From a virus: 64,000 nucleotides of DNA. The stretch lies in IMG/VR virus record IMGVR_UViG_3300022924_000016, positions 64,001 through 128,000 of that record; one strand, given 5' to 3'. Positions 58,326-64,000 of this stretch are shown one piece after another. The position numbers were made by a program, and so were the translations under genes. The notes beneath the pieces are model-generated. The model had not been told where the DNA came from and did no database searches. It saw only the letters and a program-made list of their open reading frames with translations. The first letter of the stretch is position 1. Each line of letters opens with the position of its first letter.

Positions 58326-59915
58326 ATGGGAAAAAAGAGATATTCACAAGAGCAGATAGACTTCGTAGTAAATCTAGTAGGTAATGGAGATACTGTTACA
58401 GGAGCTACTAGAAAAATGTGCGAGCATTTCGAGATAAAATACGATGAAACTGCGGGCAGAAGATTCCGAGATATTTTACAAAAGAAAGGAGTCACAAGCA
58501 ATACAGTAACTGTTGAAGACACTGATGTATTTAAAGAAGCTCAGCAGAAGCAGCATGACTCCACAAAGAAACGGTTTTTAATTTCGTGGGCGCAGTCAGA
58601 AACACCTGTACATAAGAGATTTCTTAAAAATATGGAAGCTTACGCAAATCATATTGATGGAGATATACTTATCTGTGCTGGGCGCTATCGTAACCCATCA
58701 TCCCTGTCTTCAAGTAAGCAATTAAAGAAAAAAGAAAAGGATGTTAAAAATACATGGGATGCTTCGATAATACCTTATCTAGATGCTAACAGGCACAATT
58801 TACACCCTTTGTTGTGTGTCCTTTCTAATTTGAAAACGCAACCTACCAGCTCGATGCCTCTGAATGGTTTGAATGGAATTACAGGATTAGAGTCTTGTAT
58901 AATTGGTCATCCTAGAGTACACATGAAGTCTTTGCCTGTTGTAGAGGGGTATCCACATAAGATTTTGATGACAACGGGAGCAGTAACAGTTGAAAATTAT
59001 ACAGATACAGCAGTGGGTGTTAAGGGAGCTTTCCACCATCAGATAGCTTGTGTTATCGTAGAAATTGATGGTGAGAATTTTCACCTCAGACATATTATAG
59101 CAGATAAAAAAGGCGATTTTCAAGATTTAATGTATTGTGTCACTAATTCTGAAGTCACAGTGTGTAGTAAACCTGTGGAAGCTCTGATATTTGGAGATCT
59201 CCACATAGGGGAAACAAATCCTATTGCGGAAGAGGTTTCTTTTAAAATGGCGGAATTGTTGAAACCTAAAAAAATTATAATTCACGATGCTGTAAATTCT
59301 CACTCTGTAAGTCACCACGAACAGAAAAATCCATTCCAACTATTAGAGAGAGAAGAAAATGGCAGTTGGTCGTTACAGAGGGAATTAGACGAAGCTGTTT
59401 CTTGGTTTAATAAGTATCCTCAGTACCAATTTGTAACTGTCCGTTCGAACCACTGTGAGCATATAGATGGTTGGGTAAAAAATACAGACTGGAGAAAATC
59501 TACAAATAAGAAATTATACTTAAAATTTGCTAACATTTTGGCAGAAGGATTAGCTCCAAAAGGTATAGTGCCGTATGTATTTTCTACTGAATTGAACAAC
59601 GTTTATCCGTTAGGTTTAGATGAGGCATATAATGTAAAAGGTATTGAATTAAGTATCCATTCTCACGTTGGTGTCCATGGTTCGAGATCGAGCCCAACAC
59701 AACTTAAAAATTTACCAGTGCGTACTATAGTCGGCCACAGTCATGTACCAAGTAGAATAGATGGAACAATATCGGTGGGGACTCTGACACATCTAAGAAT
59801 CTCTTATAACTCTGGAGCATCAGGGTGGTTAAACTCTAATGCGGTCATTTACCCTAACGGAAGAGTAGCACAACTTAATATCATTAATGGTAGATTTACA
59901 ACGTTATTAGATTAA
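58326..59915 (+). CDS. calcineurin-like metallophosphoesterase with N-terminal HTH, probably T5 A1-like
   Basis: GDLH, IHD, RSNH, HSH, VGHSH motifs; RFLISWAQSETPVH; 529 aa. Confidence 0.7.
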   Translation: MGKKRYSQEQIDFVVNLVGNGDTVTGATRKMCEHFEIKYDETAGRRFRDILQKKGVTSNTVTVEDTDVFKEAQQKQHDSTKKRFLISWAQSETPVHKRFLKNMEAYANHIDGDILICAGRYRNPSSLSSSKQLKKKEKDVKNTWDASIIPYLDANRHNLHPLLCVLSNLKTQPTSSMPLNGLNGITGLESCIIGHPRVHMKSLPVVEGYPHKILMTTGAVTVENYTDTAVGVKGAFHHQIACVIVEIDGENFHLRHIIADKKGDFQDLMYCVTNSEVTVCSKPVEALIFGDLHIGETNPIAEEVSFKMAELLKPKKIIIHDAVNSHSVSHHEQKNPFQLLEREENGSWSLQRELDEAVSWFNKYPQYQFVTVRSNHCEHIDGWVKNTDWRKSTNKKLYLKFANILAEGLAPKGIVPYVFSTELNNVYPLGLDEAYNVKGIELSIHSHVGVHGSRSSPTQLKNLPVRTIVGHSHVPSRIDGTISVGTLTHLRISYNSGASGWLNSNAVIYPNGRVAQLNIINGRFTTLLD

Positions 59916-59965
59916 TATAAAATTTACACATTTTGTAAACCAATTATAGTTTCGTATTTTTTTTT

Positions 59966-60069
59966 TCAGATTCTTACTGGCATATTTATCTGATATAAAC
60001 GAATTATTTATTGAGAGACTCTTTTCATTAACTGTGCCAGCGGTTTTTGATTGGGGTTTTCTTGTTTTT
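59966..60069 (+). ncRNA. structured 5' leader with two hairpins and complementary loops (CTGGCA / TGCCAG)
   Basis: Hairpin 59966-59993 and hairpin 60013-60063 followed by a T-run. Confidence 0.55.
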
Positions 60070-60080
60070 AAGCCGAAGTA

Positions 60081-61187
60081 ATGGAGCATTCAGAGTTTTT
60101 AAAAAGATTAGAAAAAAATGAACACTTTGTAAGTGGGTATTTTAAAGTTATAAGTAAATATCAATGTGATAAATGTAAAGTACTGGTTGAAACACCTTAT
60201 GGGGTTTGTGCATGTGATCCTAGAAATTTATATGAGCATAATACAAGACCCACAATTATGACAGCGGTTGATAAAAATAGTTACTATTCAAATTATATTA
60301 AAGAACACAATGAAAACTATAAAAATAATAACTTTGAAATTGTTTCAGACTTCATAGGTTTTAATAAGGAGATATTTGTTAAAACAGAATATGGAGTTCA
60401 TAAAACAACTGCCAATAGCTTAAAACGAGGAGAGATGCCTGGAATAAACAGTGCTGTTAATAAGGTAGATTATGTTCATAACCAATTAATTGAAACAAAC
60501 GAATATTACAGAAAAGGACTATTTAAAGTAATAAGTTATAAAAGAGGAAAAGTCACTTTAGAAGACAGTTTTGGGTTGTGTACTATGTTATTAAATGATT
60601 TGGTTAACAACTGTCAACCCACTATTTTAAGTGCTGTGGACAAGACAGATTATATTAAAAATAAATTTAAGGATTTAATACACTATGGTAATTATGACTA
60701 TTCTAAATTTGTATATGATTGTGCTAGATGTAAATCTATAATAATCTGTAGAGAACATGGTGAATTTTATCAAACCCCCTCAAAACATTTAGGTAACCAA
60801 GGGTGTCCTAAATGTGGTAGTATAAGAACTGGAAAATATATGCTTGAAAACCCAAATGGTTGGAATTATACGAATTGGCAAAATGCAGGAGATAGAAGTG
60901 ATAATTTTGACTCATTTAAAGTATACATAATCAGGTGTTGGAATGAGCAGGAGGAGTTTTATAAGATAGGAAAGACTTTTGTAACTGTAGAAAGTAGATT
61001 TAGGTTAAAACTATTGATGCCGTATAATTATGAAATTATTGAACAGTTTATTTTTAATAGCTCAAAAGAAGCATCCAGGTATGAGTTACACTTACAAAAA
61101 TTGAATAAAAAGTCTACCTATAAACCTTTTATTTTATTTAATGGGTCAAATGAATGCTTTAATAAATATTCTTTAACAGTCCTATAG
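60081..61187 (+). CDS. putative homing endonuclease: three tandem repeats, CxxH/CxxC zinc ribbon, GIY-YIG-like C-terminus
   Basis: PTIMTAVDK / PGINSAVNK / PTILSAVDK repeats; ICREHG...GCPKC; VYIIRC...YKIGKT. Confidence 0.7.
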   Translation: MEHSEFLKRLEKNEHFVSGYFKVISKYQCDKCKVLVETPYGVCACDPRNLYEHNTRPTIMTAVDKNSYYSNYIKEHNENYKNNNFEIVSDFIGFNKEIFVKTEYGVHKTTANSLKRGEMPGINSAVNKVDYVHNQLIETNEYYRKGLFKVISYKRGKVTLEDSFGLCTMLLNDLVNNCQPTILSAVDKTDYIKNKFKDLIHYGNYDYSKFVYDCARCKSIIICREHGEFYQTPSKHLGNQGCPKCGSIRTGKYMLENPNGWNYTNWQNAGDRSDNFDSFKVYIIRCWNEQEEFYKIGKTFVTVESRFRLKLLMPYNYEIIEQFIFNSSKEASRYELHLQKLNKKSTYKPFILFNGSNECFNKYSLTVL

Positions 61188-61257
61188 GTACAACTGATAC
61201 CTCATACTATCAAACCTAATCTTTTGTTAAATAAAATTTGCAGTTAAAACTAATTGT

Positions 61258-61327
61258 ATATCTTTGTAGAAGAAATCAGGAAAATGATTATTTTTAAGTC
61301 TTTTTCCGCCGAAAATTAAATAAAATG
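61258..61327 (+). repeat. ~70-bp promoter/leader cassette, copy 2
   Basis: TATCTTTGTAGAAGAAAT...TTTTTAAGTCTTTTTCCGCCGAAAATTAAATAAAATG; -33 TTTG at 61237-61240. Confidence 0.75.
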
Positions 61328-61744
61328 ACACTAAATGTAAAAACACTCGCTCAAGAACTTGAAGATTTTCGCAATCCAGAAGAAGGTAAAGCAGTCTTGA
61401 AAGAGTGGGGAGAAAAGCTAATTAGAGAGCATGCTCACAAAAACCGCTGGCAAGAAAAGACTGCCAAACTTCTAGAGTCAAAAACAGATGAAGAATTGGA
61501 CTCGCTTTACGCTAAGTATTTAAAACATGCACAAAAAAGAAGTGATATTCTTTATGAGCAAAATATTGATGGAGAGAGTAGTCTAAACGCAATAATTCTA
61601 GAAGCTTTTTCAAAGGCAGGTAAAGTTTCCAAAAAGAAAAAAGATTACGGCATGTTCACTTCTATTGTTTATCGTTATAGGGGATTTAAAGCTGAGTTAA
61701 TTTGTGGTCAAGGCTGTTTTATATCAATTGATAAAATTAAATAA
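61325..61744 (+). CDS. hypothetical protein
   Basis: ORF after promoter cassette; ICGQG. Confidence 0.6.
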   Translation: MTLNVKTLAQELEDFRNPEEGKAVLKEWGEKLIREHAHKNRWQEKTAKLLESKTDEELDSLYAKYLKHAQKRSDILYEQNIDGESSLNAIILEAFSKAGKVSKKKKDYGMFTSIVYRYRGFKAELICGQGCFISIDKIK

Positions 61745-61746
61745 TT

Positions 61747-61941
61747 ATGGATATATTAGCATTTATGACACCATTTTTTAAGAGTAAGCAAGATGTAATG
61801 GCTGAAAAGAAAAGAGAATTATTTAAAGCTTACAAGTGGATTAGAGAAAACAACAATACTATATCAGATGAAATTTTAGATTTGATGTATAATTCAGCGA
61901 AAGAAAAGATTGAGACAAACCCTGAAATGTTTAAATTATGA
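61747..61941 (+). CDS. hypothetical protein
   Basis: Operon ORF. Confidence 0.5.
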   Translation: MDILAFMTPFFKSKQDVMAEKKRELFKAYKWIRENNNTISDEILDLMYNSAKEKIETNPEMFKL

Positions 61942-62050
61942 AAAATAAATCATATTGGTATTATTTGAAACAACAGATTAAGAAAGATAGCACTGAATTA
62001 TTAATTGTAGTAGGTTCAGTTATTGTAGGTATAATTTTAGTCAATTTAAT

Positions 62051-62290
62051 ATGAAAAAACTGTTTTTATTTTTAATTCTTTTTTGCGCGATTTCGTGCTC
62101 ATTCAAAGAACCAAAACCAATAGAGAGGTATCAAGACAAAGGGTTTGTGCTTATTGAAGAGCCTATGAAATGGAACGGCTCTAAATTATTTTTAAAACTT
62201 AAGAATGCAGATACTATTATTGAAGTAGCTGTCCCACCATTCGATGCTTTAAATCTAAAAATAGGCGACACATTAAAATCAAAATTATGA
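62051..62290 (+). CDS. small lipoprotein
   Basis: MKKLFLFLILFCAIS|C lipobox. Confidence 0.65.
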   Translation: MKKLFLFLILFCAISCSFKEPKPIERYQDKGFVLIEEPMKWNGSKLFLKLKNADTIIEVAVPPFDALNLKIGDTLKSKL

Positions 62291-62679
62291 GAGAAGAAAT
62301 TATAAGTTTCGAGACGGCTAAAGTAGCTAAGGAAAAAGGATTTGGGTGGTTTATTGGAGATAATAGAGATGTCTATTTTTGGGGAGAGCTACATAAAAGG
62401 GAAGACGTTGATTGGAATATAACGCACCCTGATTTTCAAGATAGATTTGTCCCTGCCCCAACACAATCGCTCTTACAACGTTGGCTTAGAGAAGTACATA
62501 ATATTATAGTTGATGTTATATATGATGAGAACTCTGAAGACCAGTTTGAATATCTTTTATCAATCTATAAAGATAAACTAGATATTATAAATTCCGAACA
62601 TGAACTTTATGAGATGTTTTGGGATAATTACGAAGAGGCTTTGGAAGAAGGGTTACAAAAAGCTTTAGAACTAATATGA
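62287..62679 (+). CDS. conserved Bacteroidota-phage hypothetical protein
   Basis: ISFETAK..KEKGF...APTQSLLQRWLRE...YEEALEEGL. Confidence 0.65.
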   Translation: MREEIISFETAKVAKEKGFGWFIGDNRDVYFWGELHKREDVDWNITHPDFQDRFVPAPTQSLLQRWLREVHNIIVDVIYDENSEDQFEYLLSIYKDKLDIINSEHELYEMFWDNYEEALEEGLQKALELI

Positions 62680-62993
62680 GCAGTTTAGCACACAAAGAAG
62701 AGCTGTTTTTTATTTTGTCCGCCACAATGGAAAAAGAAGAAGCAGAAAGAATTGCTAGTAATTTTTCTCCTAAGAAACCTACTTTAAATCCTATCAAAGG
62801 TTCGGACACTTATAAATATTATATCCAAAAATATATAGAAAATGGTTGGAATTCATATTGGGAATCTAGAATTTTCAAGTATGTGAATGGGAAGTGGGAT
62901 ACTTTTATGAGATGGGACAGTTCGGGATTTATCCAAGCGGAGGAAACAGTAAAAAGACTAGAATTAGGAGGTAACACAGTAATAGAAAATTAA
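62676..62993 (+). CDS. hypothetical protein
   Basis: ATGA coupling. Confidence 0.5.
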   Translation: MSSLAHKEELFFILSATMEKEEAERIASNFSPKKPTLNPIKGSDTYKYYIQKYIENGWNSYWESRIFKYVNGKWDTFMRWDSSGFIQAEETVKRLELGGNTVIEN

Positions 62994-63123
62994 TTATGGA
63001 AATTACATGGACTTGGAATTGGTTAGAAACTGTTGGTTTTGTTGTTTTAACTGTTTTCGGCGGATTTTATTTATTAAGGCTCCTGTTGCAACTATGGCTC
63101 TATCTTAAATTTAAAGGTAAGAT

Positions 63124-63429
63124 ATGAGAGGATATTTAACACAACTAGGTGGGTATTTATACTTTACCGAAATGAATAGACAACCTCAATTAGATTCTTT
63201 TATTATTCAGGGAAAAGTAAAATCAGTTTATTTTTACACATTTAATGAGGAATCCACTGAATTATGGATGAGTTATAATCCTTTTCCGCGTAAAAGAAAA
63301 GTAGATAAATATTCAAGACCAATAAGATTAAGTAATAATCCAGAATTAGGTTTGCCAAATTTTACATCAGATCAATTTTTAGAGATTATGAAATATGTTG
63401 AAAAACCAAATGAAATTATAAGATTATGA
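63124..63429 (+). CDS. hypothetical protein
   Basis: Operon ORF. Confidence 0.5.
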   Translation: MRGYLTQLGGYLYFTEMNRQPQLDSFIIQGKVKSVYFYTFNEESTELWMSYNPFPRKRKVDKYSRPIRLSNNPELGLPNFTSDQFLEIMKYVEKPNEIIRL

Positions 63430-63635
63430 AAACAAACTATGATGTTGCAATTGGCTATAGGGCCGTGATTACAGCTACGATAAAAGCAGAATCAGAAGAA
63501 CAGGCTAGAGAACTAGCTTTAAAAGAATTTGAAAAGTTCAGGTCTAATGCTAACAAAGGTAATTTACAGTTATCAGATGATAGTTTTGAAATTGCAGGTG
63601 TTTTAGACTTGGATAAATCTTGGAATATATTATAG
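63426..63635 (+). CDS. hypothetical protein
   Basis: IKAESEEQARELA motif; ATGA coupling. Confidence 0.55.
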   Translation: MKTNYDVAIGYRAVITATIKAESEEQARELALKEFEKFRSNANKGNLQLSDDSFEIAGVLDLDKSWNIL

Positions 63636-63636
63636 A

Positions 63637-63897
63637 ATGTTTTCAAATGAACAATGGCGTACTCTATCAGACCGCTTTAACAAAAATACCTTCACAGGAA
63701 AACTTATTTTAATCAAGAGTAATCCTGAGATATTTAAGCTAGAATATGATGGAGACTGTTTTTGGCTGAGACTACACGATAACCAAGCACAGTTGAAAGA
63801 ATTTGACAGGCTTTTTAACTTTCCACAATTATTAACTTTTGAACAGATGAGGGATTTATTTTCTCTTTCTGATTGTAAACTTTTTCCCGCGAAATGA
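63637..63897 (+). CDS. hypothetical protein
   Basis: Operon ORF. Confidence 0.5.
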   Translation: MFSNEQWRTLSDRFNKNTFTGKLILIKSNPEIFKLEYDGDCFWLRLHDNQAQLKEFDRLFNFPQLLTFEQMRDLFSLSDCKLFPAK

Positions 63898-64000
63898 TAA
63901 AACACTTCATAAGATTTATAAAACCAATACTACTTGAACCAATAAGGTACTTAGAAAATATCCTAGTTGTCATAGAATGGAGCTTTAAACTATGGTTAAT

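Noticed and set aside
737-63905. Minus-strand ORFs in the track
   Set aside because: All are short antisense shadows of well-supported + strand genes, with no motifs or start context.
1-64000. Stop-codon reassignment as in some crAss-like phages
   Set aside because: Long genes are intact and densely packed under the standard code; TAG and TGA act as coupled stops.
1-64000. tRNA genes, CRISPR arrays, DGR, integrase
   Set aside because: No cloverleaf, regular repeat-spacer array, reverse transcriptase or recombinase motifs were seen by eye.

Overview
AT-rich 64-kb segment of a lytic Bacteroidota phage (most likely infecting Flavobacteriaceae) with a crAss-like/podovirus gene layout. All real genes appear to lie on the + strand, in standard genetic code. 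1-2.1 kb is a lysis cassette (holin-like protein, amidase-LysM endolysin, spanin-like protein). 2.1-14.2 kb holds tail fibre, ring/tubular, IHF-like and 2458-aa tail stabilisation genes. 14.2-35.9 kb holds a virion transglycosylase and five large internal (ejection/cargo) proteins, interrupted by a C5 DNA methyltransferase and followed by an HNH endonuclease. 36.9-64 kb is an early/middle region of many small ORFs under Bacteroidota sigma-type TAnnTTTG promoters. It includes a host-like T9SS-secreted protein, family A DNA polymerase, LAGLIDADG and GIY-YIG-like endonucleases, a VirE-N/BT4734 primase-like protein, a MazG-like protein, a second methyltransferase and a large metallophosphoesterase. 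Main novel signals: (1) the only four cysteines in about 6,900 aa of cargo proteins sit at the facing termini of three consecutive proteins, suggesting a head-to-tail covalent chain; (2) two unrelated free-standing endonuclease genes share a two-hairpin leader with complementary (kissing) loops; (3) a phage-encoded T9SS substrate; (4) recurring hydrophobic-Q-x-G-G motifs in the cargo proteins. All calls come from reading motifs by eye; no searches were run.
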